A DNA stretch of 64,000 nt. Origin: Macrostomum lignano (Eukaryota). Positions within the stretch are counted from its first letter, which is position 1. Each line of letters begins with the position of its first letter. Shown piece by piece: positions 51,179 to 64,000 of this stretch. The notes under the pieces are model-generated. The model was not told where the DNA came from. It saw nothing but the letters and a program-made list of their open reading frames with translations, and made no database searches. The stretch covers positions 1 through 64,000 of the forward strand of contig NIVC01002024.1 of the NCBI GenBank assembly GCA_002269645.1, written 5' to 3'. The position numbers and the translations under genes were made by a program.

Positions 51179-51478
51179 CAGGGGCTTCGCCATGTGTTTT
51201 TATGGTGGGGGGGACAAAGCCAAGAATTCTACATGTACTTGTATTTTGAGAATCTGTGTTGTTGGCACTCATTTTGGTGCCGTAGTCACTCATTTTGGTT
51301 CCGCAGTCACTCATTTTGGTTCCGCAGTCACTCATTTTGGTGCCGCAGTCACTCATTTTGATGCCGCAGTCACTCATTTTGATGCCGCAGTCACTCATTT
51401 TGGCACCCTAAAGCAAAAGGCTTGTCCCCCCATAGTTTTTACTGGGCGGCGATGGCGATGCCGGTGGCGACGCCCCTG
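51179..51478. mobile_element. Possible hAT-like MITE (14-bp TIR CAGGGGC[T/G]TCGCCA) with an internal 21-bp tandem repeat (51265-51405)
   Basis: The TIR pair and subterminal GGGGGGACAA motifs are present on both ends. No clean 8-bp TSD. Confidence 0.45.
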
Positions 51479-51695
51479 GATTAAGTATGAGTATCTTCAG
51501 TTCTCTTAAGTATATCTTAAGTGCTTCATCTGAACCGATCAGCTTCTCCTCTACATCTGCAGCACAGTGCACTTTAGTCTCGCAGCATACGACTGGACAT
51601 AATTTTATCAACTAATAGCTAAAAGCAATGACCAAGAAGTTTAATTCCTGCAATCAGAATGGTGACGCACTCAGTGCTGCGATCTGAGGCTCTGG

Positions 51696-51890
51696 ATGAC
51701 GGCACCAGGGCTCAGATGTTTTCGGGCAGTCGTTGAGACCGTTCTGCTCCACGTGAACGCTGAGACATGGACCCTGACGGATGCCCTGGAGAAGCAGCGT
51801 GTCTGGCTCCGAGTCCAACTCTATGCCAGCAGACAATTGCGTGAACGACGTTCTGACTGCCCAGTTCTGACTCTGACTCTGAGGGGGGTT
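51696..51890 (+). mobile_element. Short RTE-like LINE RT C-terminal fragment
   Basis: LRCFRAVVETVLL..NAETWTLTDALEKQ resembles AVMETVLLYNAETWRLTAALERQ in the element at 54312-55760. Confidence 0.6.
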
Positions 51891-52077
51891 GACCTTTTTC
51901 AGGAGTACGGCCCAAATTTGTGCGTTCTAACAGCTGTTTTTTGTTATAGCTAATACAATAGAAATATACAACAAAAGTTTACGGGTTGGGAATTTCAAAA
52001 AACATTAACAGTAGGAATACCAAGCCATTTTTCCGCCCGTCTTAAGCAGGTGAGCAGCGTCCTGAACAGGTTGGGGG

Positions 52078-52133
52078 CAGGGGCCTACGGCCGACCTCCA
52101 AGAGGTGCCCCTGGTTTTAACTAACGGACCGTA
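52078..52133 (+). ncRNA. Candidate minimal HDV-like self-cleaving ribozyme at the LINE 5' end
   Basis: P1 CAGGGGC/GCCCCTG; P3 ACC/GGT; L3 TCCAAGA; J4/2 CTAA; P2 TACGGCCG/CGG(A)CCGTA. Folded by hand. Confidence 0.72.
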
Positions 52134-54252
52134 CCATCACCGAGCCTGCGAAGAGAATCGAGGAAACGCGTCTACGCCTTCGTCTATCTCCGAGAACCTT
52201 CTATCCGTCATGCGACTCTGCGGCGGAAACAGCGATAGTACATTCCACCGCCGACGGACGCGCAGGAGACACAGGATAACAGCATCGCGCAAAGCCGGGC
52301 CGAACCAAGAGCTCCTGGTGCAGTTCAACTGCAATGGCATCAAAAGCCGTAATACGGAGCTGGCCACAGGCTGGCCTCCCTGCGCCCCGCCGCTATACTC
52401 CTACAGAAAACAAAACTTAAGAGAGAAGAAGACTATAACCCGCCGTGGGGTAACGTGGTGGCCGCCAGAGAAGATGGACTTCAAAACGCCGGACCCGATG
52501 TCCGCGCTGACGCACCATCAGCTCACTCAAATCGGCCTCCCGACCCATCTGGTACAGGTTCCGCCGGGACACGGCGCCGTACCAACCCGCGCTGTCGGCT
52601 GAGATTCCCAGGACTCCGCGAAAACTGGTGCGCCGGATGTCGCAGCGGCCGCACCACCAGCAGCGTCCGTTTCACACCATGGCATGGCACAGACAACCAG
52701 CCAGCACAAACCAGCATACGAGCGTATCCGGACGAGACAACACCAGCACGCTACCGCCAGCCCAGCCCACTATCCCAAAAATCAACAAAAAAATTACGGG
52801 ACGGGGAGGCACCACGGTGCTAATCCGGGATGATGTCCAGTATGACAGACTCAAAGTCGATAAAGAACACGACCTTCTTGACGTCGCCGCCTGCCGCATC
52901 TGCCTTAAAGGACAGCAGCCGATCGTGATTGCATCTATCTACGCACCGCCAACCAGCTGCCAACGCCCCGACAAAACATGGCAACCCAGCTTCACCAACC
53001 TCCCGACCACCGGCAGAGTCATCCTAGGAGGCGACTACAACGCACACGGAAGCTGGGACCGCCATATTGATGAAGATGTCGGAGACCAGACTGTCGACGA
53101 GTGGGCTGCCCACAATGGGCTTGTCATCTGTAACGCCACCTGTCACACACGCACCTGCCCTAAGTACTGGCCGCCTTAGTAGCCCAGACGTGACTATCTG
53201 TAGTAGTGCCATTGCCGGAACCATCACGGACTCCTGGAAGACGCTACCAGACTGGGGAAGCGATCACCTGCCGATCGTCTTCGGCCTCTCAGCCTCTAAC
53301 GCCGATAAAACTCGCCATTGTGGGCAAAGACGTTGGATTTACAAGAAAGCAGACTGGGGAGCCTTCAGAGAATCGCTAAACACATGGGCAGAATCCGAAC
53401 GCAGCGATACCACACTAAACATGGAGGCCACACGCCTCTCCGAAGCTATCCTGATCGCAGCAAGACTTGCCATCCCGCGCAGCTCCGGAAAAAAGGCGCG
53501 ACGCCTCCCCTTCTGGAACGAAGCCTGCGACGAGGCCACCAAAGCTACTCGCACCGCAAGACGAACTGCAGAGAAAATATCGCTGCTGCAGACAGAGCCC
53601 GCTACAACGCCTCAGGCTGCCTCCGGAGAGAGAAGAAAGCCTTTCTGCTCGATAAAGCGGCAAGCTTCAGCGAGGACTCGGACATTTTCGGCCTACTCCG
53701 CGCTATGAGAGGCGAGGGTTTCAAAACCCCGGGTCCGGCAACCATTATCAGGGCCGCGTCCCCAGACTCGCCAGAGCGCATCGCCCGCACTAACAAAGAG
53801 AAGGCCGAACTCTTCTGTCAACTTTACGCCGGAGTTAGCCGAGTCCCCAGACGAAAAACGGACTCAGCAATCAGATACGAGACGAACAAGGCCACGGCTC
53901 CTATGAGCGACCCCCAAGCTGACGGCCCGGACGCCCTTTTCAATATCGACGAGCTCCGCGCCGCTATCCGCTGCCTGAAATCAGGGAAGGCTGTGGGAAC
54001 CGACGGCATCTCTAACGAGATGCTTCAACGCCTCCCGCCGACCGCTGACAAAGCCTTACTTAGCCTTATCAAGCGCACCTGGCGTGAGGGCAAAACACCC
54101 ACCATTTGGCGAACCGGCACCATTATACCGATTCAGAAAAAAGGGCAAGACGCCACATCACCGGACAATTACCGCCCCGTCGCACTCACCAGCTGCGTCG
54201 CCAAGTGTGCGGAGCGTATGCTTCTGGCCCGTCTCAATTACGACCTGGAGAG

Positions 54253-54255
<3 letters not shown>
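52078..54255 (+). mobile_element. ingi/Vingi-like (I-group) non-LTR retrotransposon; 5' end present, 3' truncated within RT, frameshifted
   Basis: APE motifs VQFNCNGI, GRGGTTVLIR, IASIYAPP, ILGGDYNAH, SPDVT and WGSDHLPI. Linker RWIYKKADW. RT start KAVGTDGISNEML and DNYRPVALTSCVAKCAERM. No ORF1 lies ahead of the APE. Confidence 0.85.

Positions 54256-54311
<56 letters not shown>
54256..54311. repeat. (AG)28 microsatellite at the junction of two LINEs
   Basis: Direct reading. Confidence 0.98.
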
Positions 54312-54314
<3 letters not shown>

Positions 54315-55760
54315 CCGGCCCGGATCACGTGGCCCGCCAGTTGAAGTCGTCGCCTGCGCAGGATGATGGACGGGCGCTGCAGCTTGGCCCGATCGTACAG
54401 GGACTCGATCCCGACGCTCTCGTCAGCTCGAAAGGTCGCACTGAGTGCACCGAGTCCAACTGCCGCTCCAGCGCAGCCGTCAGCCTCCATGTCTCGGCGT
54501 TGTAGAGCAGGACGGTTTCCATCACCGCCTGCCACAGCCGAAACTCTGGCGGTCGGGCAGCGCTTTGGACTGGACGACGGCCCGGATCGAATGGAAGGCC
54601 GCCCAGACAAGTCCTCTGCGCCGCCGGAGGTCCTCTTCCACGTGGGGCACCAGACCGCGGAGGTGGGTGAACCGCTGGCAGCGTGCGAGCCTGGTCGTCT
54701 GCCCGTCTGCGCCGCGACACGTCAGTTCCGCTGGGATTTCGGCCGGCACAGTCAGCACCTCGGTCTTCTACATGTTGACAACGAGACCGACGCTCGATGC
54801 CACCCTCGACCAGCCTGTCGATCTGGCGTTGGGCGCCTTCAACGGACAAGGACAGCACGCTCAGGCATTGGGGGCGACCGATACGTATGCGCAGCAGGAA
54901 GCCGTCGTCAGCCGAGGGGAGTGCGGTCCGAAGCACTCAGTCCAGCAGCAGCACAAAGAGGAATGGCGCCAGCGTGTTGCCCTGCAGAACTCCTGATGAA
55001 GTGTCAAAGAGGTCAGACAGGCCGTCCGCCGTCATCACAGCAGCTGTCACAGCTGTCATCGACGCTGTCACAGCAGCTTGAGCGCCATGACAGCGTCGAT
55101 TAGCTGCTGGGGTACCCGGAAGGCTCGAAGGACAAAGGGAAGCGCGGCTCTCAACACCGAGTCAAACGCCTTTCGAAAGTCAACGAAGACAGACAATGAT
55201 CAGCGTAGACTGGTGGATGCGCGCCTCCTCGATGACACGGCGGAGTGCGAGGATCTGGGTCACTGTACCGCGTTGTGGCCGGAATCTGTTCTACTCGTAT
55301 CGCAGGTACGGGTCCAGTACCGACTGCAGACGATCGAGCAGCAGCCGGTTGAAGAGCTTCGCGGTGCAGGACATCAGCAAGATCCCGCGGTGGTCTTCTT
55401 TCCGCGTTGTCTCTGCCTTCTTCGGGATCGGCACGATGTGCACAACCGTCCACTCGGTGGGCGCGGGGGTGCCAGCGAGCATGAGGTTCATGACGCCTGT
55501 GACCTGGGAGGCTACACAGCGGAGCCGCAGCAGCTCTAACGGCGGTTCTGATGTCGGAATACTCCGCCTCGCGCTGATCTCCAAACACGCCGACGAAAGC
55601 GCCTGAGAATTGACGCTTCACGTGGGCGCCCGACAGAGCGTGATAGTAGCGCCGTGGCCGCTGCTTTGGCGGTCGGTAGAGCTGGTCGTGGAGCCGCAAG
55701 TCGCAGAGCAGAAGCCGATAGTCTGATCGGAGAGCCTGTGGAGCCATGGTGTCGCAGTTG
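54312..55760 (-). mobile_element. RTE-like non-LTR retrotransposon remnant, degenerate
   Basis: SDYRLLLCDLRL (APE end), PIPKKAETTRKEDHRGILLMSCTAKLFNRLLLDRLQSVLDPYLR, FTHLRG, AVMETVLLYNAETW and LRRRRLQLAGHVIR. Multiple frameshifts. Confidence 0.8.
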
Positions 55761-58084
55761 GTGTCGCAGCGAACCAGCGAACCAGCGAACCAGCGAACCA
55801 GCGCATGCTCGAGTTGCGCCAGTCTCCTCGTGCCCCGTGCGTCGCTTCCGTCAATTCTACTTTAGTAGTCCTTGCGTCGCTTGTGCACCAGGGTGCACAC
55901 AGCCCCCTGCCTCTAAAAAATTCGGTTCAATCAATCAGGGATAGGGAATCAGGGATTCGACGAGGATCAAAGGGAGGATTAAATGGCGATCTCGCAGGTT
56001 GACTTAAACTCGTGGATAAACTCTGTGGTGTGGTGACCCTAGGGAAGTGGTGGCTCGTCTAAGATAAAGGTGCGGAAGCTAGGTTCCGGAAAGTTACCCA
56101 AGAGCCGAACAAGTCGAATAAGAGCCGCGCTCGGCGCGTAAGGGGAAGGGGAAGAGCCGGGCTGCCACAAAGGTGGTAAAAACGCGCTGCTCAAATAGCA
56201 CGTAATGAATTCATGTCCCATGCTCGTGGCTCGTTATGTGCAATACCTTGAATTGCCGTTCCATTGGGTTCCATTTCAGTGATTTTTTTAACAAAGTATC
56301 GCGAAGGATAAAGTGGGGGAAGGAGTGGGGTGGATGCAGGAATGAGTCATCTGATGAGTCATCGGGGAGAAGAGCCTGGATATCTAGGGTTCACCGGGAT
56401 CGCGTTCGGCGCACTTAGTGAATAAAACATGATTTTTATGGGACCTGAGCTGCTGTTACATGTAGATGTACATCTATATCGGAGTCATAGTCTGCAGTCA
56501 TCCGGGCTTGTCTTGCAATCTATGCATGATAGCGTTTTGTGTTCATTTCCAGTCGTTAGAAAATACCCTAGACTTCAGGTCATCGTCCATTTTATTGCTA
56601 AAAGCTACGTGTACATTATAATATAATGTACATGTACGATGTACTATATTTTTTATAAAAATTAAATAAGTGTACTAGTATAAAACAGCACTGTACAGTA
56701 GACTTTGCCAGAGTAAAAAACCCTGCAGAAGTCCTCTCAGTCTGCAATGCGTTCCTGCATTCCCAATTACAGCTTTACCGGGTTAGCAATTTACAGTACA
56801 TGTACGTACACACTATCGCAATCCTCCCTGTAATTGTCTCTCTTAATTTTTTGTACTCTCTGTAGCTGAATCCAGCTGCTCGCCAACATCTTAGCTACCT
56901 TGATCTGAAGGAGTGAATGGTCAGGTTGCTCAGTAATTAATTTCAGCACTCAAGCCCGCGGTCTACATGTAATTGAAGCTTTCGGTCTACATGTAATTCT
57001 CAACAAGAATGACACGAAGAACCCCATGAATCAGTTTACTCGCCCAAAACACCCACTCCAACCCCGCGAATCAGGCAACGAGAAAGTTGAGTTCCATGCA
57101 GGAACATCGAAGAATTTTAAACACTAAACTACTACAGTCAAACGAGAGGTACGTTTTCTCTGCGCGCGCTAATTCCGCCATCGTTTATAGCTGCATTTAA
57201 CAATTTTAAGATGAAAATAAAAATAAAGGAGAATAAATTCGCGCGTATTTTGCTAAAACATCTGCTGAATAAATGTGAAATTATTTCATGCATGTGCAAA
57301 AATTAACTAAAATAATACAAAATACATGTTTTGTTGTTTGTTTTTTGAAGCTTCATCGAGGAATTTCAAAAAGGTTATTTTCTTAGATAAGTCCAATTCA
57401 ATCAACACTTACGACTTAAATTTAAAGGAAGTGTGTAAAACAGTTGCGTTTACTGCATTTTTCTTTTTTTCTGTAGCTGAAAGCTCTTATTGCGATACCT
57501 GTATGGCTTTTAAAAGATACTATTCATCGTAGACATGCTCTGTTCAACCTACTTTTTGTAAAATTAATAAACTATAAATATTTTTAGGCGATGACCATTG
57601 CCAGTCTTTTTATTGTCTTTTCAATATAAATTAAGATTAAGCATGCATTTTAAAATTATATTTTTACAAAGAGTTATACTTAATTTTTAACATTTCTACA
57701 ATATTTTTTACATTTTTTGATATGACTAATTTTTAAGACTACAAACTATAGGTATTTAATTTGATATATAAACAATTTATGCTGCAAAGTATAGCCAGTA
57801 TTAAACTTATAGATTAATATAAAATATTCCAAATTATAAAGAAATTTCTGTTTTAGTTTGATATCTTATATAAATTTGTTGCTATTAATGCTCTGGCATT
57901 GAAACTATATAATCGTTATATAATATACTTGAAATAATAACAGAGTTTTTTCTATATAAATTCATATCAAATATTTCATTAGCTATGATTCTGGGAATGT
58001 TATCTTAAACTGATCAATATGCAATCTTAAAAACTCTATTGCCTGTTTCACAATTAAACTTTGAAACATTTCCTAGAGTGCCTT

Positions 58085-58650
58085 GTACTTTCTACCTCAC
58101 CCTACAGGAGTGTCCCTCACCCTTCAGAGTGCCTCTTGCCCTTCAGAGTGCCCCTCAATCTTCAGAATTCCCCTCGCCCTTCAGCGTCCCTTCCGAGTGC
58201 CCCTTGCCCTTCAGAGTGCCTCTCATTCTTCAGAGTGCCCCTCGCTTTTCAGAGTGCCCCTCACCCTTCAGAGTCCCGTCAAAGTGCCCCTCACCCTTCA
58301 GAATCCCATCAGAGTGCCCTTTCACCCTTCAGAGTCCATTGAGAGTGCCCCTCACCCTTCAGAATCCATTGAGAGTGCCTCTCACCCTTCGGAGTCCATT
58401 GGGAGTGCCCCTCACCCTTCAGAATCCATTGAGAGTGCCTCTCACCCTTCGGAGTCCATTGGGAGTGCCCCTCACCCTTCAGAATCCATTGAGAGTGCCT
58501 CTCACCCTTCGGAGTCCATTGAGAGTGCCCCTCACCCTTCAGAGTCCATTGAGAGTGCCTCTCACCCTTCAGAGTTCTCCTCACCCTTCAGAGTGCCCCT
58601 CACCCTTCAGAGTGCCCCTCACTCTTCAGAGTGCCCCTCACCCTTCAGTG
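58085..58650 (+). repeat. Compound 19-bp / 30-bp minisatellite
   Basis: CCTCACCCTTCAGAGTGCC and CTCACCCTTCAGAGTCCATTGAGAGTGCCC. Confidence 0.9.
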
Positions 58651-60240
58651 CGCCCCTCGCATGCACCATCCTTTTAGTTAAAATTCTACAATTTAGTATA
58701 AAGTTATCAACAGATATGCGCCTATAATGCACCAATATAGTAAACTTATAGAACTATAGTTGAGTATAACTAGCATGATTTATTAAGACCAATACTGTTT
58801 ATATCATTCAGCTTCTAGTGGTCAGAGCTACTATAGTGGTCTACAGACTTCCAGACATTTGCTAGCAGAGTTTATATTAATGGAAGCAAAACCGTTGTAT
58901 CTTAAAGGAAGTTGGTAAAGTCTAAACTTGTTCATAATTAGTTTTAATTTAGAAAATCGACATCAGATTTGCGCTTTAAAACGATATTACTCCTTTATAT
59001 AACTTATAGTTTACCACTCTTCTGTATTACTAACTTCACTAACCACTATGGTGACTGCATATACAGTTCTTGAATGCAAATTCTTCGAATAAATTGTTGG
59101 ACACATTTGCTTAATTTGCATTTCCACAGTTAAGGATACTAGCTTACAATGTAGTTCGAGCCCTGCATGGCTGACTCTTTGAATCTCAATATTATGTCCG
59201 ATAAAGTCTCTGAAAGTCTCTGCTAAGCGCTGCGCACACTGACTAGAGAGATAAAGTATTTTTTCTTGCAAGGACGCCAATTCTATTTTAGATTCTCTCG
59301 AGTTAATACGCTATTTTTCTTAGGCGGAGTTAGGTTGCTTTCGCAGTTTTGTCTGTCCCCACCTACTTCAGACTATATGGTTTAAACTTCTTTTTTTTAA
59401 AACGCAAGTTCTCTTTTTTCTTTGCGTTTTTAGTGGGCTGGCGAAGTAAATATATTTAAATGTAGTCATCCTCGGCAGAATCCTTGTTTCTATTTTAGTA
59501 TGTCCAATATGTATCGTTGGTGGCTACGCCTTCGGCTTTGTGTTTATACACTGTACGGTCTACCATTGTCTGGATGTGCAATCAGATGTTCATTGTTCAG
59601 CCTTGAACTAGCCGCCCCACCCTAAAGGCGAAGCTCGCTTATTATAATTTATATCTAGCTCAAAGTGTGCGTTTTTGGCTATTTAACAAGCTAAAAATAG
59701 TAAGCTGAATGTTTGTTGTTGAATGCAGCTAAGAGCTTGTGTTTCCGTTCGGTGAGCAAGAACGAGAGAGACACGCATGCAGAGAGCTTCGGTTTCGAAC
59801 CTTAGCCTGGACGTGTGTTGCACGGTAGGGCTGTGCCTGCGTGCGTACAGACAGAGGTAGCCCCTCCAAACTCAACACAGGCCAATTAGGTTTTGCGTAG
59901 CCCACCTCACAGCTCTCTCACTGTTCTCTCTTTCGCTACCGTAAGAAGCAAATTGCATTAAATAAAAAAATGACGCAGGGCCTCCACTGCACTATCTCTC
60001 TCTCTCTCTCGCCTCTCTCGCCTCTCTCCCATGCCTTACTTTATATTATTCTAACACCGCGTTTCCGTGTTGTTGAGAACTGTTTGAGATTGCAGTTTTT
60101 CTTTAGGACGCGCGCGCGCTTTAGTGTTGTGCTAAAGTTCTAAAAATCTTTGCAGCAATAGCAAAGGTGTCTTGGCGGTTTGCCAACGGAAGACGTACTG
60201 CCGTGATTCTCCCTTCCCTCTGCGTCCCTTCTCTGTTGCT

Positions 60241-63200
60241 ATGCCAACTTCTGCCAGTAGTTCGCGGGTGTCAGCAGTGCTGCTTCTGCTGACAGTCTGC
60301 AGTTTGCCGGTCCTACAGTTGACGAAAGCATCGACAACCGACGCACCAGCGACAGATGCGCCTACATCAACGGAGGCGCCTACGGAAGCTCCGACAACGA
60401 CAATTTCAACTCTGCCGTCGGTGACCGATCTCAAACCGGATGCGGCAAGAGCCTCAGTAGATTCGGTGTATTTTTCATGGACGCCTGTGACTGAATCAGG
60501 CGCTTCATACTGTGTCAACTGCTCGGGAAAGCCTGGTGAATGCAACATCACCGCCAGCAACTACACCTGTACCGGTTTAAGCTCCGGCGCAGAGCACAGC
60601 GTGACAGTCGTAGCACAAGCTCCAGGACATCTGGACAGCCCGCCCAGCAGCGCCACAGGCAAAACTCGTGAGTGAAGCTTCTTGGGTCAAACACTTGGAA
60701 ACAGCGCTGACATCAATTGTAGTTGGCTCTTGACTTTTGTCATCTCAGACACATTTTCTCTTGGAGCTTTTGAAACTCAGCAACCCCATTTTTGAGCAAA
60801 TGTCTTCCTATGACAGATGTGTTAAAACAGAACGGCTCACTAAGAGAAACGCAAAGACACAATAAGACAGGCACTGTTGTGACACACTAAAGCAGACATT
60901 GTGACACACTAAGAAAGACACTGTGACACAGACACTGGCAGACGCTGTGACACACTAAAACAGACAATGGGACACACTAAGACAGACAATGAGACACTAA
61001 AGCAGACACTGACACACTAAAGCAGACACTGTGACACACTAAAGCAGACACTGACACACTAAAGCAGACACTGTGACACACTAAAGCAGATACTGTGACA
61101 CACTAAAGCAGACACTGTGACACACTAAAGCAGACAATGTGACACACTAAGACAGACAGTGTGACACACTAAGACAGACAATGTGACACACTAAGACAGA
61201 CAATGAGACACGAAAACAAACACTGTGGCACACTAAAGCAGACACTGTGACACACTAAGACAGACACTGTGACACACGAAAACAGACACTGTGACACACG
61301 AAAACAGACGCTAAGACGCACTCAGCCAGGCTTCAACACTTGAAATGCCTAACTTGTCAGAGGCAATGAATGCAGGGGATACGAGAAATGTTTGCATGTC
61401 GTTAAATAAAATTTGAATAACGCTGTATATCGAGTCCTTAACAACTTTGCTACACTTGGATTTCGTGTTAGCAACTATGCAAGGTTTTTGCTACTAAAAA
61501 CTATCGAAGCTTATACATGTAATTTTGTTCGGAATTTCCTGAGAAATTTAGAAACTATGTGAATTTGCGCAGTTCTTCTTGTGCAGTAAGGGTGCTTTTT
61601 TAAACCAGCTACTAGCTGCAAATGGAAACTTCAGTGTGTTTACCTTCCTTCATCATCCAATTCTTAAACAGTTTGATAGCAAGTTTTTATTTACTGCAGT
61701 TTCATATATTTTTAGTAAGACAAAATGATGACGATGAAGATAGCAGGTGGTGATTCTGATTACTAAGGAGCGTAAGATGTACAGACTGTCTCTATAAGAT
61801 GGCTGCTGCATTCGCAATGACTGTATGTTGTAAGCTGAGTTCACACTTTTTACAGGTTATATCAGATAGTTATTAACTTACTATACCGGAACTGAAGACA
61901 CTGCAGTCAGTGAATAAGTATTAGCAGTATTAACTATAACTGTATTGAAAATGCACATTTGTACACCTTGTTTGATTTGCTTCCAGTGGTCGCTCCCGTG
62001 GCTTCTGTCACCGTGACGGGCTTCAATGTGACCTGTCTTGATGTAGAGTGGCCAGCCTCCAATACGTCAGGTGTGACATACAACCTGACCTGTGGCTCCG
62101 ATTCTCCGATTGATGCCGGCCGAGAGCTGAAAGGCAGTTGCTGCGGTCTGCAGTCAGGAGAGAACCACACGGCAACTGTTGTTGTGGTTAAGGCTGGCTT
62201 TAACAACAGCTCTCCCGCCAGTATAGTGGGACAGACTCGTGAGTTTTTACACCCGATGTTTCTGAGTTTCTTGCCTCAGCGCCGGGGCATTGTTTGATTC
62301 GAATTGTGCACTGAAACCCAGCAAAGGCTTTGCAGTTAGTCTGTAGAAATCGAATTTGAAAATCAAGGAAAGTTTCAAGCAGTGCAATTAGGGCACAAGA
62401 GTGCATTCTATTCACTCACCTTTACTCATAAGTAGTTTTTGTGACGTGGCTTCTTCGATGTTTTTGTGAGGCTTCCGACGTGCATGTAACTTACTGTCAT
62501 TTTACAGAGCACTTATGAGGGGTTAATTATTGACCGGAAAGTCCTAACTTACTACTTTCAGTAGCGTAGTGATCTTTTAAGTTTTTTTTGCAACAGCTAT
62601 CCAACAATAGCGCACGATTTATTGTGCTCTAACTGACCTTATTTGTAACACGAATTGCAACCCGGTTTTAGTGGTGTCACCTGTGGCTTCTGTCACCGTG
62701 ACGAACTCCAATGTGACCTGTCTTGATGTAGAGTGGCCAGCCTCCAATGCATCGGATGTGACATACGAGCTTGACTGTGGGTCAGGTGCAATTAAAGTGG
62801 ACCCAGGAACCTCAGGCTCCTGCTGCGGTCTGCAGTCAGGAGAGAACCACACGGCAACTGTTGTTGTGGTTAAGGCTGGCTTTAACAACAGCTCTCCCGC
62901 CAGTACAGTGGGACAGACTCGTGAGTTCAGCAGCTCTGTGTGCTCAGATGAGCTGCTCTGAGTCAGATGGCTTTGTTGCTGTGATGCTTTGCGGCTTTTA
63001 GGGATGTTGATTGACAGGGCTGAAGTTTGATTTTTCTGAATTAAATTCCTCTGCAAATCGGAGTGCTTGATGCTTAATTGCTCAGCTGACGCAGGCCTTT
63101 AATTCGACTGTGATGCTTTGCGGCTTTTAGGGATGTTGATTGACGGGGTTGAGCTTTAACTGACGGCTTTGATTTTTATAAATTACTCGTAAATTCCTCT

Positions 63201-63939
63201 GCAAAGCAGAATGTAAGTTTACGACAGTTTTTGCCAGGTAGCGAGTTCACCCATGCTTAATAGCTGATCTGACGCAGGCTTGTAATTCAATTTTCAAAGT
63301 GTTGAAAAAATTGCTGTGGATGTGGTGCAACTTTAAGGCCAATACAAAAGCCTTTTTACTGCAGTGATGTCACCAATGTAGAGATATTTTATGTTTCAGT
63401 TGCGTGGCCTTTAACACAAATTTTCAAATTTTACTGCTTTCCATCGCTCTGATTTTGCAGCAGAAATGATTGCAGCAGCTGATGCAGCTTGAGCGATAGC
63501 TCCGCCTTTGCCTTTTTTCTGAGTTTAAAATTTTTGTAGAGTTGTTTTGGTACAGTTTGCATCCGATAGTTATTAACTTACTATACCGGAACTGAAGACA
63601 CTGCAGTCAGTGAATAAGTATGAGCTGTATTAACTATCGCTGTATTTAAAAATGCACATTTGTACACCTTGTTTGATTTGCTTCCAGTGGTCGCTCCCGT
63701 GGCTTCTGTCACCGTGACGGGCTTCAATGTGACCTGTCTTGATGCAGAGTGGCCAGCCTCCAATACGTCAGGTGTGACATACAACCTGACCTGTGGCTCC
63801 GATTCTCCGATTGATGCCGGCCGAGAGCTGAAAGGCAGTTGCTGCGGTCTGCAGTCAGGAGAGAACCACACGGCAACTGTTGTTGTGGTTAAGGCTGGCT
63901 TTAACAACAGCTCTCCCGCCAGTATAGTGGGACAGACTC
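60241..63939 (+). CDS. Secreted or cell-surface fibronectin type-III repeat protein, 5' part (exons 60241-60667, 61987-62238, 62672-62920, 63688-63939; continues beyond the window)
   Basis: Signal-peptide-like VSAVLLLLTVCSL, then a T/P/A-rich mucin-like stalk and FN3 hallmarks (FSW...Y...GLSSGAEHSVTV; VEW...Y...GLQSGENHTATV). All introns are phase 1 with ACTC|GTGAGT donors. Confidence 0.85.
60870..61320 (+). repeat. Intronic degenerate ~22-bp minisatellite
   Basis: GACACACTAAAGCAGACACTGT. Confidence 0.88.
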
Positions 63940-64000
63940 GTGAGTTTTCACACCCGATGTTTCTGAGTTTCTTGCCTCAGCGCCGGGGCATTGTTTGATT

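Noticed and set aside
52255-52305. 2A-like peptide at the LINE N-terminus (GD...AGP)
   Set aside because: The spacing and residues do not fit D-x-E-x-N-P-G-P.

Overview
This is animal (invertebrate) genomic DNA: spliced genes whose introns and flanks are filled by more than 20 distinct minisatellite families. The style resembles the flatworm Macrostomum lignano, but that is an inference only. Main contents in order: (1) an ~11.3-kb Foldback/Mutator-type DNA transposon (854-12185) with near-identical TIRs of at least 1.4 kb, a frameshifted DDE transposase and a spliced USP-type (peptidase C19) deubiquitinase cargo; (2) an SLBP gene; (3) a three-finger matrin/U1-type zinc-finger gene; (4) a KCTD-like BTB gene; (5) a 4.4-kb 33-bp minisatellite with higher-order structure; (6) three mosaic type-II membrane FkbM-family methyltransferase genes with uninterrupted ORFs; (7) several MITE, SINE and LINE remnants, including an ingi-like LINE whose 5' end folds as a minimal HDV-like ribozyme (52078-52133); (8) the 5' part of a secreted or surface FN3-repeat gene built by exon duplication. 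No CRISPR array, rRNA gene or intact tRNA gene was seen. Most long ORFs in the supplied track are artefacts of tandem repeats.
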